From positions 92,637 through 156,636 of the forward strand of contig CAWJMT010000031.1 of NCBI GenBank assembly GCA_963844035.1: DNA of 64,000 nt, written 5' to 3'. Numbering within the stretch: the first letter of the stretch is position 1; each line of letters starts with the position of its first letter. Shown piece by piece: positions 34,058 to 45,548 of the stretch. Both the position numbers and the translations under genes were made by a program. The notes beneath the pieces were generated by a model that saw only the letters and a list, made by a program, of their open reading frames with translations, was not told where the DNA came from and did not search any database. The stretch is from an uncultured Gemmatimonadales bacterium. Lineage in GTDB: Bacteria > Gemmatimonadota > Gemmatimonadetes > Gemmatimonadales > GWC2-71-9.

Positions 34058-35070
34058 ATGTACCGCACCTGCGCGTTCTGCAATGCGGCGCTGCGCGGCG
34101 ACGGCGGTCCGTCAGGCCTCGGCGTCGGGCGGCGCATCGCGTTCGACGAGTGGCGCAGCCGGCTCTGGGTGGTGTGCCCCGCCTGCGCCCGCTGGAACCT
34201 CGCGCCGCTCGACGATCGGCTGGACCGGATCGAAGCGGTCGCCCGGGCCGCGCGGGACGGCCAGGTGCTCGCGGCCTCGCCCGCAGGTCGCGCTGATCCG
34301 CTGGCAGCACTACGACCTGGTGCGGGTGGGCCAGCCGCCGCGCGTGGAGCTTGCCGGGTGGCGCTACGGCGAGCGACTCAAAGCGCGGGAGCAGGAGCGC
34401 GCGCGGGTCGTGGTGCCGCTCACGGTCGCCGCGGTGGGTCTCGGGCATCGCCGCCAACGTCGCAGTGGGCGGCTCGTTCGGCGTCGTGATCTGGAATTTC
34501 GGGCGGGTGGCCGACGCCGCGTACGTCGCACTGCTGGGGAATCGACGCGTGGCGTTGTCGGAGCCGCTGCTGTGCGAGGCGTGCGGCACGCGTCATGCCG
34601 CTGCGCGCGCGCCACGTCCAGCACGGGCGGCTCACGCAGGAGACGGGGGCCGACGTCGCGTTGCTGCTGCGCTGCCCGAGCTGCGCGCGGAGGGCGCGCT
34701 GCTCACGGGAGCGGACGCGGCGCTCGCCCTGCGCCGTGGGCTGACGTTCCTCAACGCGAGGCGCGCCGCGCGGCGACGGGCGGAAGCCGGCGGCGGGCGA
34801 GGTGGACCGCGCGGGCGGTCCCGAAGGCCTGATCCGGGACACGTCGCGCGGCGCGGCGTCACGCTGCAGCTCGCTCCGCCCGGACCGGCGTCTGGCGCTC
34901 GAGATCGCCGTTGACGAGGTCGCGGAGAGTCGCCGAGCTCGAGCGGCAGTGGAGTCGACGCCGAGCAGATCGCAGAGATCGCCGACGGGATGCTGTCGAC
35001 GACCCCTGAGCTGGACGACCATTTGCGGCGGCTCAAAGCCCAAGCGCGGGGCGATCAACCGGACGGTTGA
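34058..35070 (+). CDS. Hypothetical protein with four CxxC motifs and a hydrophobic segment (frameshifts)
   Basis: CAFC, CPAC, CEAC, CPSC across frames. Confidence 0.65.
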
Positions 35071-35135
35071 GTTGTCGCGCCGCGCTGCTACCCCGCCTCC
35101 TCCTTCGCGGCTATCTTCCTGTTGCGCCGACCTCT

Positions 35136-36065
35136 ATGCCCTCATCCCTCGTCCAGCTCGCACCGCGCATCGGGCGCGACGCCCTCCCCGGCACCCCGGC
35201 GCCGGCCGCAAACCGGCGTGGCTCAGGGTCCAGGCGCCGGGCGGCCCGAACTACGTGGCCCTGAAGCAGATGATGCGGGAGCTCGGGCTGCACACGGTGT
35301 GCGAGGAAGCGCACTGCCCGAACGTCGGGGAGTGCTGGGAGCACAAGGCCGCGACGTTCATGATCCTGGGCGACGTCTGCACGCGCAATTGCTCCTACTG
35401 CGCGGTGGCGCACGGGACCCCGCAGCCGCTCGACCCCGGGGAGCCGGCACGCCTCGCGGTCGCCGTCGAGCGCATGGGCTTGAAGCACGTCGTGATCACG
35501 AGCGTCGATCGGGACGACCTGGCGCACGGCGGCGCTGAGAGCTTCGCCGCCTGCATCGCCGAGATCCGCGGCAGGCTTCCCGAGACCTCGATCGAGGTCC
35601 TGATCCCCGACTTCAAGGGCGACGCCGAGGCGCTCCGGATCGTCGTCGACGGCGCGGCCCGACATCCTGAATCACAACCTCGAGACCATCGAGCGGCTCT
35701 ACCGCCTCGCACGGCCCGGCGGGCGCTATCCGCGCGCGCTCGAGCTGCTGCGCCGCGCCAAGCAGCTCGACCCGACCCTGCTCACCAAATCGGGAATCAT
35801 GTGCGGGCTGGGCGAGGAATGGGACGAGCTGATCGCCGCCATGCGCGATCTGGCCGCCCAGGGCGTGGACATCCTCACCCTCGGCCAGTACCTCCGCCCC
35901 TCGGCCGACCATCTGCCGATCGCGCGCTACTACACGCCCGACGAGTTCGCCGAGCTGCGGGATCTGGGCCTGGCGATGGGGTTCCGGCACGTCGAGGCGG
36001 GTCCGCTGGTGCGCTCGAGCTACCACGCCTGGGAGCAGGTCGAGCGCGCGACCGCGCCGGCCTAA
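35136..36065 (+). CDS. lipA: Lipoyl synthase
   Basis: [41 protein letters not shown]. Confidence 0.97.
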
Positions 36066-36078
36066 CCGCGAGGCTTCG

Positions 36079-37078
36079 ATCGCCACCGCCACCGCTCAGC
36101 CCGTCGCCGATCGAGCGATAGGGGACGCCGACCGCACCCTGCTGCGGGCCATGCTGCTGGTCCGCCGCTTCGAGGAGAAAACCGCCGAGGCCTACGCGCT
36201 GGGCAAGATCGGCGGTTTCTGCCATCTGTACATCGGTCAGGAAGCGGTGGCGGTCGGCTCCTCCGCCGCGCTGCGCCCCGACGACTACGTCATCTGCTCC
36301 TACCGCGAGCACGCCCAGGCGCTCGTTCGCGGCGTCCCCCCCACCGCCGTGATGGCGGAGCTGTACGGCAAAGCGACCGGGTGCTCCAAGGGCAAAGGCG
36401 GCTCGATGCATCTGTTCGACGTGTCGCGCCGCTTCATGGGCGGCCACGCGATCGTCGGCGGCCACCTCCCGCTCGCCACCGGCATCGGCCTCGGCATCAA
36501 GTACCGCGGCGGCGACCAGGTGTGCGTCTGCTACTTCGGTGAGGCGGCCGTGAACATCGGCGCGTTCCACGAGGCACTGAACATGGCGTCGGTGTGGAAG
36601 CTCCCGGTGATCTTCCTGTGCGAGAACAACCGCTACGGCATGGGGACGGCGTTCGAGCGGGTCGCCGCCGTGACCGACGTGGTCGAGCATGCGTGCAGCT
36701 ACGACATGGCGGCCGAGATGGTGAATGGGATGGACGTGCACGAGGTACAGCGCGCGGTGGAGCGGGCGGTGCAGCGCGCCCGTTCGGGCGGGCACCCCAC
36801 CCTGCTCGAAGTCCGCACGTACCGCTTCATGGGGCACTCGATGTCCGACCCGCTCCATGGCGTGTATCGCACCAAGGAAGAGGTGGAGGACCAGAAGAAG
36901 CGCGATCCGATTTCGCAGCTCGCGGCGCAAGCTCCAGGAGGCGGGCATCCTCGACAAGGCGGGACTCGACGCCCTCGACGCTGAGGTCCGTGCCGAAGTC
37001 GAGGCGGCGGTCCGGTACGCCGAGGAGAGTCCCGACCCCGACCCCACCGAGCTGTACTCGCACGTGCTGGCGGACTGA
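36079..37078 (+). CDS. pdhA: Pyruvate dehydrogenase E1 alpha
   Basis: [34 protein letters not shown]; start is ATC 36079 or ATG 36151. Confidence 0.95.
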
Positions 37079-37079
37079 G

Positions 37080-38064
37080 ATGCCGACGCTCACCTATCGC
37101 GATGCGCTGAACCAGGCGCTGCGGGAGGAGATGCAGCGCGACCCGAACGTGTTCCTCATCGGGGAAGAAGTCGGCGTGTACCAGGGCGCCTACAAGGTCA
37201 GCCGCGGCCTGCTGGAGGAATTCGGCGCCCGGCGCGTGGTGGACACGCCGATCGCCGAGCTCGGGTTCGCCGGCGTCGGCGTCGGCGCGGCGATGACGGG
37301 GTTGCGGCCGGTGGTGGAGTTCATGACGTGGAACTTCGCGCTGCTGGCGCTCGACCAGATCGTCAACTCCGCCGCGAAGATGTGCTACATGTCGGGCGGC
37401 CAGCTCCCCATTCCCATCGTGTTCCGCGGCCCGAACGGCGCGGCGCTCCAGCTCGCGGCGCAGCATTCGCAGGCGTGGGACGCCTGGCTCGCCCACGTCC
37501 CCGGGCTCAAGGTCGTCACCCCGGCCACGCCCGCCGACGCCAAGGGTCTCCTCAAGTCCGCGATCCGCGACAACAACCCCGTGATCGTGCTCGAGGGCGA
37601 GATGCTCTACAACACGAAGGGCGACGTCCCGGACGGCGAGCACCTCGTTCCCATCGGCTCGGCCGAGGTCAAGCGGCCCGGGGACCGACGTCACGATCGT
37701 GTGCCACTCGAAGACGGTGGCGCCGTCGCTCAAGGCCGCCGAGCTGCTCGCGGGAGATCACGGCGTGAGCGCCGAGGTCGTGGATCTCCGCTCGCTGCGG
37801 CCGCTCGACGAGGCCACGATCCTCGCGTCCGTCACGAAGACGGGCCGCTGCGTCGTGGCCGAAGAGGGATGGCCGCACGGCGGCATCGGGACCCAGGTCG
37901 TGGACGTGATCCAGCGCGAGGCGTTCGACTCCCTCGACGCCCCGGTGCTGCGCGTCACGCAGGCCGACGTCCCGATGCCCTACAACAAGGTCCTCGAGCG
38001 CGCCGCCAAGCCGTCGGCCGAAAAGATCGCGGCCGCCGCGCGCCGGGTCCTCTACCTCGACTGA
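37080..38064 (+). CDS. pdhB: Pyruvate dehydrogenase E1 beta
   Basis: [37 protein letters not shown]. Confidence 0.95.
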
Positions 38065-38066
38065 CC

Positions 38067-39380
38067 ATGGCCACCACGGTGTTCATGGAGGCGCTCTCAC
38101 CCACGATGGAAGAGGGGCGCCTGGTCAAATGGGAGAAGCACGAGGGAGACACCGTCAAGGCCGGCGACACGCTCGCCGAAGTCGAGACCGACAAGGCGAT
38201 CATGGACCTGGTCGCGCGCGCGGACGGGGTTCTCGGGCAGATCTCGGTGAAGGATGGCGAGACGGTGGCGGTAGGGAGAGGCCATCGCAGTCATTGCGAG
38301 CACCTGGAGAAACCGTGGGGAAGGGGGAAGGGGGAAGAGGGAAGGGTAAGTCCATCTGCTCACTGTCCGCGCCTGAGCCTGCATCCTGCCCCGGTGCTCC
38401 CTCCTCCTGCCACGGTTGCGCCTCACCCTTCCCCCTTCCCTCTTCCCTCTTCCCCTCCGGCCGCCGTCTCCCGCAGATGCAACCCGCGTGAAGGCCTCCC
38501 CGCTCGCTCGCCGCATGGCACAAGAAGCCGGCGTTGATATCAGAGCGGTCGTGGGATCCGGACCGGGCGGCCGAGTAGTGAAGAAGGACCTGGAAGGGAG
38601 CGTGGCAACGCCGCAGACTCGGTACCGTCACCCGCGGCAGCTGCCGTACCCTTCCCTCTTCCCTCTTCCCCCGTCCCCGCTCCGCGCAGCGGAGCCGCCT
38701 ACGACGACGTCCCGCTTACCCAGATCCGCAAGACCATCGCGAAGCGTCTCGCGACGTCGCTCGGTCCGGTGCCGCACTTCTTTCTCACCACCGAGGTGGA
38801 CATGGAGCGGGCGGCCGAGGCGCGCGACGCGCTCAACCGGACGCTCGACGCGGAGGGCAAGGTCGGATTCAACACCCTGATCCTCAAGGCCACGGCGGCC
38901 GCGCTCACCAGACACCGCGCCTGCAACGCCTGGTTCGCCGAGGACCACATCCGTTACTGGAACGAGGTGCACCTCGGGATGGCGGTCGCGGTCGAGGACG
39001 GCTTGATCACGCCGGTGATCCGGGACGCCGCCGTGAAGTCGCTCAGCGAGATCGGGCGTGAGGCGCGCGAGCTCGCCGAGCTGGCGCGGGCGCGCCGGTT
39101 GCAGCCGGCGCAGTACACCGGCGCGACGTGCTCGGTATCGAACCTCGGCATGTTCGACATCGATCAGTTCACCGCCGTGATCAATCCCCCGGAGGCCGCG
39201 ATTGTGGCGGTGGGAGCGATCGTGGCCAAGCCCGTCGTGATGGATGGCGCGGTGACCGTACGCCGCCGCATGCGGCTCACCATGAGCTGCGATCATCGCG
39301 TGATCGACGGCGCGACGGGGGCGGCGTTCCTGAAAACGTTGAAGGAGATGCTGGAGAACCCGTTGGCAATGCTGTTATAA
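38067..39380 (+). CDS. pdhC: Dihydrolipoamide acetyltransferase E2
   Basis: EVETDKA lipoyl domain, [24 protein letters not shown]. Confidence 0.95.
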
Positions 39381-39455
39381 CGGGCGGTAGACGGTCAGGC
39401 GGTCGAACGATCGCTACTCGGCCGCCTGACCGGCTGACCACACCGCGGGGGAAAG

Positions 39456-40848
39456 GTGCCGAATCAATTTGATGTCATCGTTCTCGGCGGCGGCCCCGCC
39501 GGCTATGTCGCCGCCATTCGCGCCGCGCAGCTCGGTATGGCCGTGGCCGTGGTCGAACGCGACAAACTGGGGGGGGTGTGCGTAAACATCGGGTGCATCC
39601 CCACCAAGGCCTTGCTGCACTCGGCGTACCTGGCGCACGCTCTGCGCGACGTGACCCAGTTCGGCATCGAGGTCGGCGAGGTGAAGACGAACTACGGCAC
39701 GGCCATGACCCGGTCCCGTCGCGTGGCCGACCAGAATTCGAAGGGCGTCGACTTCTTGATGAAGAAGAACAAGGTCACGGTGGTCAAAGGCGCCGGCGTC
39801 CTGCAGCCCGGCCGCAAGGTGAAGGTCGGCAACGACGTGTACGAGGCGCAGAAGGCGGTGCATCGTCGCGACCGGGTCGCGGGTGAAGGGGATCCCGCAG
39901 ATCGGGCTCGAGATCAACAAGACGACCGTCATCTCGTCCGACGAGGCATTGGTCCTCGAGAAGGCGCCGGCCTCGATGGCCATCATCGGGGCGGGTGCGG
40001 TCGGGATGGAATTCGCCGACATCTTCAACGCCTTCGGGACGCAGATCACGCTGATCGAGGCGCTCCCGCGGATCCTGCCCCTCGAAGACGCCGAGGCATC
40101 GGACACGCTCACCAAGAGCTTCAAGAAGCGAAAGATCGAAGTCCTCGCGGGCGCGACGGTGAAGAAGGCCACCGTGGGGAAGGACAAGGTCACGCTCGAC
40201 GTCGAGTCGGGCGGCGCCGCGCGCAAGGTCGAGGCGGATGTCGTGCTGATGGCGGCGGGCCGGGCGGTCAACACGGAGAACATCGGCCTCAAGGAGGCCG
40301 GGATCGAGCTCACCGACCGCGGCTTCATCAAGGTGGACCAGCATCTCCAGACCACGGCGCCGGGCTACTACGCGATCGGAGACGTGGCCGGCCCGCCGAT
40401 GCTGGCGCACAAGGGGAGCCGCGAGGGCGTACATGCCGTCGAGCACATCGCGGGGCTGAACCCGCATGCCATCAAGTACGACAACGTGCCCAGCGTGACG
40501 TACTGCCATCCGGAAGTCGCCAGCATCGGGCTCACCGAGGAGCAGTGCAAGGAACGCAAGATCGAGCACGTGGTAGGGAAGTTCCCCTTCTCGGCCAGCG
40601 GGCGGGCGCGCGGCACGGGGGAAACCGAGGGGTTCGTGAAGATCATTCGCGGCAAGAAGTACAGTGAGATCCTCGGCGCGCACATCGTGGGGAGCCACGC
40701 CTCGGAGCTGATCCACGAGCTGACGGTGGCACGGGAAAATGAATACACCGTCGAGGAGATCGAGCTGGCGATCCACGCCCACCCCACGATGTCCGAGGCG
40801 ATCGCCCAGGCAGCGCTCGATTCCCTGGGGCGGGTGATCGACCTGTGA
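39456..40848 (+). CDS. lpdA: Dihydrolipoyl dehydrogenase E3
   Basis: GGGPAGY, GGVCVNIGCIPTK, HAHPTMSE. Confidence 0.97.
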
Positions 40849-41303
40849 AGGACCCACTCGCCGTCGGGCTGGGCTCGCTCGCCTGCGGTGCGGGATTCGG
40901 CGGCGGCACCATCGTCAGCGCGCTGGTCATCGTGCGCACCATGGCCCGCCACGTAAGCCCCGACACTTACCAGGAAAGCGCCGCCGACCCGGTGCTGATC
41001 GGCGCGTTCGCCGGGCTCGCCGTCGCGGCAAGCTTCGGCTGGCTGCGGAGCGGTGCGCTCGACAACATCTGGCAGCGCGGCGTCGTCGCCATCCTGGCCG
41101 CCGTAGGTGCCTTGATCATCGGCTTCATCGCCTGGCCCGTGGACCAGCTGCTCGGCCGGACCGGGCTCATCGTGTGGGGCGTCATGAGCGTCGTCATGGG
41201 TGTCGCCGGGAGCCGCTGGGCCAGACGGGGCAGCCGCGAGGATGCGATCATCGTGACGAGCGGGGGAACGGCGGTGGTGAAGGGACGGGAGACAGAGGAG
41301 TGA
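40845..41303 (+). CDS. Hypothetical 4-TM membrane protein
   Basis: Hydrophobic ORF coupled by GTGA overlaps to lpdA and lipB. Confidence 0.7.
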   Translation: MKDPLAVGLGSLACGAGFGGGTIVSALVIVRTMARHVSPDTYQESAADPVLIGAFAGLAVAASFGWLRSGALDNIWQRGVVAILAAVGALIIGFIAWPVDQLLGRTGLIVWGVMSVVMGVAGSRWARRGSREDAIIVTSGGTAVVKGRETEE

Positions 41304-42025
41304 GGGGACGAGGGACTGGGGAGCGCCTTCTCGAAGTCATCGAAGCGGGGCTCGTCCCTTACGACGCCGCCCTGGCCTGGCAGCGGGAGCTCGCCCGGGC
41401 GCGGCGCGACGGCGAGCTCGGGCACGATGTGCTGCTGTTGCTCGAGCATCCCCCGGTCGTGACGGTGGGGCGGAGCGCGCGCGGCCCCTCCCTGCCCCAC
41501 CCCGGTACCATCCCGGTCGTCGAGGTTGAGCGCGGCGGGGACGTCACCTACCACGGACCGGGGCAATTGGTGGGGTATCCCATCCTCGACCTCACGCAGC
41601 ATCAAGACCGACCTGCACTGGTACCTGCGGACGCTCGAACAGGCCCTGATCCTCGCTCTCGCCCACCTCGCCATTCCCGCCGGGTGCCGGCCCGGTTACA
41701 CTGGCGTCTGGACGCGTGGCGGCAGCCGCAAGATCGCGAGCATCGGGGTGCACGTGAAACGGTGGGTGACCTGGCACGGGTTCGCGCTCAACGTCACGAC
41801 CGACCTCGCGCCGTTCAGCCGCATCGTCCCGTGTGGAATTCCCGGAGTCGAAATGACGTCGGTTGAACGGGACGGCGGCCGCGGAACGGAGGCGGGTCGC
41901 TCTGGGACAACGCTATTCGTTCCGTAGTCAATGGTTTTGAGCAGGCGTTTGGAGTGACTGCGCGGCACCGCGAACTCAGCGAGGAGACCGTCGCTCGATC
42001 CGCGCCTACAGCACCATACCCATAA
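41300..42025 (+). CDS. lipB: Lipoyl(octanoyl) transferase
   Basis: LEHPPVVTVG, RGGDVTYHGPGQLVGYP, KIASIG, HGFALN, IVPCG. Confidence 0.95.
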
Positions 42026-42036
42026 GGGAGTCAATC

Positions 42037-42378
42037 ATGTTGCTCCGTTCGATCGCCTGTATGCTTCTCCTGTCACTCACGGCCTGCATGGGCTGGTACA
42101 ACAAAGAGGGCCGCTACACGAAAGAAGTGGTCACCGCCGAGCACCCGACGAAGATCCGGGTGACGCTCCGCGACAGCTCGGTCAAGGTGCTCGAACACCC
42201 GAGCATTGTTGCCCTGGGTGACAGCGTATCGGGTGAGGTCGAGGGAGCGATGTCTCGTGTGGCGCTCAAGGATGTCACGCAGGTGGGGATCCGCAGGGTC
42301 AGTGAGAGCCGGACGACCATGGTCTTCTTCGCGGTCGCCATCGGCGCGATCGTCGGGTTCGTAACGCTCCAGGACTAG
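42037..42378 (+). CDS. Hypothetical lipoprotein with C-terminal TM
   Basis: LSLTAC lipobox, GGAG RBS. Confidence 0.7.
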   Translation: MLLRSIACMLLLSLTACMGWYNKEGRYTKEVVTAEHPTKIRVTLRDSSVKVLEHPSIVALGDSVSGEVEGAMSRVALKDVTQVGIRRVSESRTTMVFFAVAIGAIVGFVTLQD

Positions 42379-44171
42379 GTCAGGAGGTCCGCCACCTCCC
42401 GGGCCGCCGCCTCCTGGCGGCGGCCTTCGTCGTCCAACTCCCGGGTGAGGGCCGCGAGTGCATCGCCCTCCTCCCCCTCGACGCCCCGCACCTGCCAGCC
42501 GCTCAAGGCCGCGCTCGCCTCGAGCAACCGCTGCGTCAAGCGATCGCGCCCTTGCTCGCAGCGGCTCAGCGCATCGAGCCACGGCGCCGGGGCATCGGTC
42601 AGGCGATCGCGCCGCGCGTCGAACGCGGCGAGATGCTGCTCCAGCGCCGCGAGATCGCGCGCGGCTCCGCACGCGGCCACGATCAATTCGCCCAGCTGCG
42701 CACGCCGCCGCTCCACCGTGACCGCCTTCGCCCGTCGAAGGAGATCGACCAGCAGGCCGCGGGCTGCACCGGCCGGCAACGCCGCCAGCGTCCGGACCGC
42801 AGCTTGTTCGGCGTCCTCCGGCAACGACGAGCGGCCAGACTCGGGCGGATTCCAAACCGGCGTGCGCCGTAGCAGCGCCGCTGCGGCCACGAGTCCACCC
42901 GCCACGAGCGGGCTGGTGATCAAGAGCACCGGCGTCGCAGCCGCGAATCCCAGCGTGGCTCCCGTGACCGCCACCACCCCGGCGAGCACGGCGATCGGCC
43001 CCGGTACGCTGGCTCGGCGCAGGGCACCCGTCGGCTCGGTGCGGGCCGGGAGACCGTGCGCTTCGAGCAGCTCGAGCACGCGCGGCGCGGCGTCGAACGG
43101 GATGCGCATCAGCGGGCGCTCCCCCGCAGCCGCGTCCCCGCGCGCCGCCGCCGATGCATCGCCCCCGATCCGCTCGTCCAGCACCTCGTGGACCGCGCGC
43201 CGCGCCGATCCCGCGGTGGTGCGCTCGAGGAACACCAGCACGTCGTCGCCGGCGCCGGCGCGGCGCGCACACCGCGGACAGATGCCGATACCGAACGGCT
43301 CGAAGGCATGGCACAACGCGCAGCGCTCCTTGCCGGGGACGACGGGTACGAGATCCGCATCGTCGTCACGCAGCGCCAGTGCGCCGGCCAGCAACCCAAC
43401 CGATGGAAACCGCTCGGCGGGATCGGGGGCGGTGGCGCGACCGACCACCGCGTCGAGCCACGCGGGCACCTCGGGCCGCCGGTCCCGGGGCCGCAAGCCG
43501 GCGCTCCCTGCGCCTTTCCCACGGCGGGGGAGCTCGGCGGTCAACGCGTAGTACAGAGTGACGCCCAGGGCGTAGACGTCGGCGCGCGCGTCGCCGCGCC
43601 CGCCGGCCAGGACTTCCGGCGCGGCGTAGTCGATGGTGCCGACGACGCCGCCGGTCTGGGTCACCGTTTCGAGGCCGGCCAGCCGGGCGGATCCGAAGTC
43701 GGTGAGGCGCGCGCGGCCGTCGGGGGCGAGCAGGATGTTCTGCGGTTTGACGTCGCGGTGCAGGATGCCGTGCCGGTGCGCCGCCTCGAGCGCGGCGGCG
43801 ATCTCGCCGCCCAGCCGCGCCGCGGCCTCCGCGTCGAGCGGCCCCCGCTGGCGCACCCGCACGGCGAGGTCGGGGCCCGGCACGTATTCCATCGCCACGA
43901 AACTCCACGCGCCGGCGTCGGCGACGTCGTACACGGTCACGATGTTAGGATGGCTGATCTGGCGCACCGCCTGCACCTCGCGGCGCAGCCGCTCGCGCGC
44001 CAACCGCGCCGCGGCGGGTGGGGGGACGAGCAGCTTGATCGCTACGTCCGTGCCGACCCGTGTGTCGCGAGCGCGGTACACGACGGAATACCCGCCGCGC
44101 CCGATTTCCTCTCCGATCTGGTAGCGATCCTGCAGGACGACGCCCGGGGCGAGATACGTGGGCTCGACCAC
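42375..44171 (-). CDS. Ser/Thr protein kinase with zinc ribbon, TM hairpin and coiled-coil tail
   Basis: IGRGGYSVVY, HRDVKPQN, DFG, APE; CALC...CPRC. Confidence 0.92.
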   Translation of the reverse strand: MVEPTYLAPGVVLQDRYQIGEEIGRGGYSVVYRARDTRVGTDVAIKLLVPPPAAARLARERLRREVQAVRQISHPNIVTVYDVADAGAWSFVAMEYVPGPDLAVRVRQRGPLDAEAAARLGGEIAAALEAAHRHGILHRDVKPQNILLAPDGRARLTDFGSARLAGLETVTQTGGVVGTIDYAAPEVLAGGRGDARADVYALGVTLYYALTAELPRRGKGAGSAGLRPRDRRPEVPAWLDAVVGRATAPDPAERFPSVGLLAGALALRDDDADLVPVVPGKERCALCHAFEPFGIGICPRCARRAGAGDDVLVFLERTTAGSARRAVHEVLDERIGGDASAAARGDAAAGERPLMRIPFDAAPRVLELLEAHGLPARTEPTGALRRASVPGPIAVLAGVVAVTGATLGFAAATPVLLITSPLVAGGLVAAAALLRRTPVWNPPESGRSSLPEDAEQAAVRTLAALPAGAARGLLVDLLRRAKAVTVERRRAQLGELIVAACGAARDLAALEQHLAAFDARRDRLTDAPAPWLDALSRCEQGRDRLTQRLLEASAALSGWQVRGVEGEEGDALAALTRELDDEGRRQEAAAREVADLLT

Positions 44172-44187
44172 GGGGGCTCGGGGACGG

Positions 44188-44757
44188 CTAGCGGAGGCGC
44201 GCGAGCACGTCGCGCGCGTTCTGCGTCCAGCCGTCGTTCTCGCGGTAGTAGGTGAGGAACGATTCGAGGTGCTCGCGCGCGAGGTCGGGCTGGCCCAGCG
44301 CGTATTCCGACATCCCGGCGTGGTACAGCGCCATGTAGTGATTGGGGATGTAGCCGACCACCAGCTCCATGATCGGGCCGGCCGAGCGGTCGTCGCCCGC
44401 GTCGGCGACTGGATGCGCGACGTTGAACACGATGTTCGCGGCGAGGGCCCGGTCCCCCGAGGGAAGCCGGTCGATGGTCGCGCGAGCTTGCTCGATCTTG
44501 CCGCCGAGCGCGTAGCAGGCGGCGCTGTACCCCTGCCCTTCAGCGGTCGCCGGCGCCGGGCGATTGCGCTGCGCCAGCTCCGCTTCGACCGCGTTGCAAT
44601 ACTGCTTGTTGGCGGCGAACCACTCCTGCCCGGAACTGTACTGAACCTGCGCGGCAGGGTGGTTGGGCTTCACGGCTGTGGGGGTCCGGTGCTTGAGAAC
44701 CCAGACCCCTGAGATCGCGAGGTACCCAAAGCCGACGAGGAACAGGGAGCGCTGCAT
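44188..44757 (-). CDS. Membrane-anchored TPR-like protein
   Basis: N-terminal TM; MALYHAG..EYALG...AREHL..FL TPR-like motif. Confidence 0.7.
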   Translation of the reverse strand: MQRSLFLVGFGYLAISGVWVLKHRTPTAVKPNHPAAQVQYSSGQEWFAANKQYCNAVEAELAQRNRPAPATAEGQGYSAACYALGGKIEQARATIDRLPSGDRALAANIVFNVAHPVADAGDDRSAGPIMELVVGYIPNHYMALYHAGMSEYALGQPDLAREHLESFLTYYRENDGWTQNARDVLARLR

Positions 44758-44821
44758 GGCGTCAATATAGGAGACGTTCGGGACCCGATGCCGTGCACAG
44801 GATCACACCCTGGAAGGCACT

Positions 44822-44909
44822 GCCTTAGAACAACTTCGAGATGCCGCGCCTTCGAGCCGCCGCTCGCCTTGCTGGGCCAGCGCCGCCGTCAGACGAGCGG
44901 CTCTAAGGC
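44822..44909. repeat. Imperfect palindromic intergenic element (REP/MITE-like)
   Basis: GCCTTAGA...TCTAAGGC termini and inner CCGCTCG/CGAGCGG arms. Confidence 0.4.
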
Positions 44910-44932
44910 TGAGCGACATCTGCAGCACCTCG

Positions 44933-45547
44933 CTAGGCTGAACGGCTCCGCAACGCCTTGAGGGCCCGATCGTGCACCGCGCCGAGGGCCAGCTGGGCGG
45001 TGATAGCGCCGATCAGCGCCATGAACATGTCGGACTGGGTGTCCCACACGTCTCCCTGAGTACCCAGAAATGCGTCGGCCGATTCGCCGCCCGCGAGCGC
45101 CGTCCACCATTCGATGAGCTCGTAGCAGGCACTGAATGCCAGGCACAACGCCGTCACGAGCACAAACAGCCAGCGCCCCGGGACCAGAGGAGAGGTGCGC
45201 AGCAGGATCTCGCGCGCCAGGATGGCGGGCACGAACCCCTGCGCAAAATGGCCCAGGCGGTCGTAATGGTTGCGGGCGAGACCGAACGCCTCCTGTGCCC
45301 AGAAGCCGAGCGGCACGCGGGCGTAGGTGTAGTGGCCGCCCACCATGAGAATCAGCGCGTGGATGACGAGCAGCGTGTACGTGAGATTGGTGAGCGGGAA
45401 GCGCCGGTAGGTGGCGACGAGCAACGGTGCGCCGATGAGGATCGGGGCCACTTCCAGCCACCAGGTGAAGCGATCGTACGGTCCAACCCCTGAGATCACG
45501 AGCGCGAGCAGCGTCGCGACTATAGCCACGAGCGGGTAGTTCTTCAT
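44933..45547 (-). CDS. DUF2238 (YjdF-like) membrane protein
   Basis: GGHYTYARVPLG, RNHYDRLGHFAQGFVPA, FLGTQGDVWDTQSDM. Confidence 0.92.
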   Translation of the reverse strand: MKNYPLVAIVATLLALVISGVGPYDRFTWWLEVAPILIGAPLLVATYRRFPLTNLTYTLLVIHALILMVGGHYTYARVPLGFWAQEAFGLARNHYDRLGHFAQGFVPAILAREILLRTSPLVPGRWLFVLVTALCLAFSACYELIEWWTALAGGESADAFLGTQGDVWDTQSDMFMALIGAITAQLALGAVHDRALKALRSRSA

Positions 45548-45548
45548 T

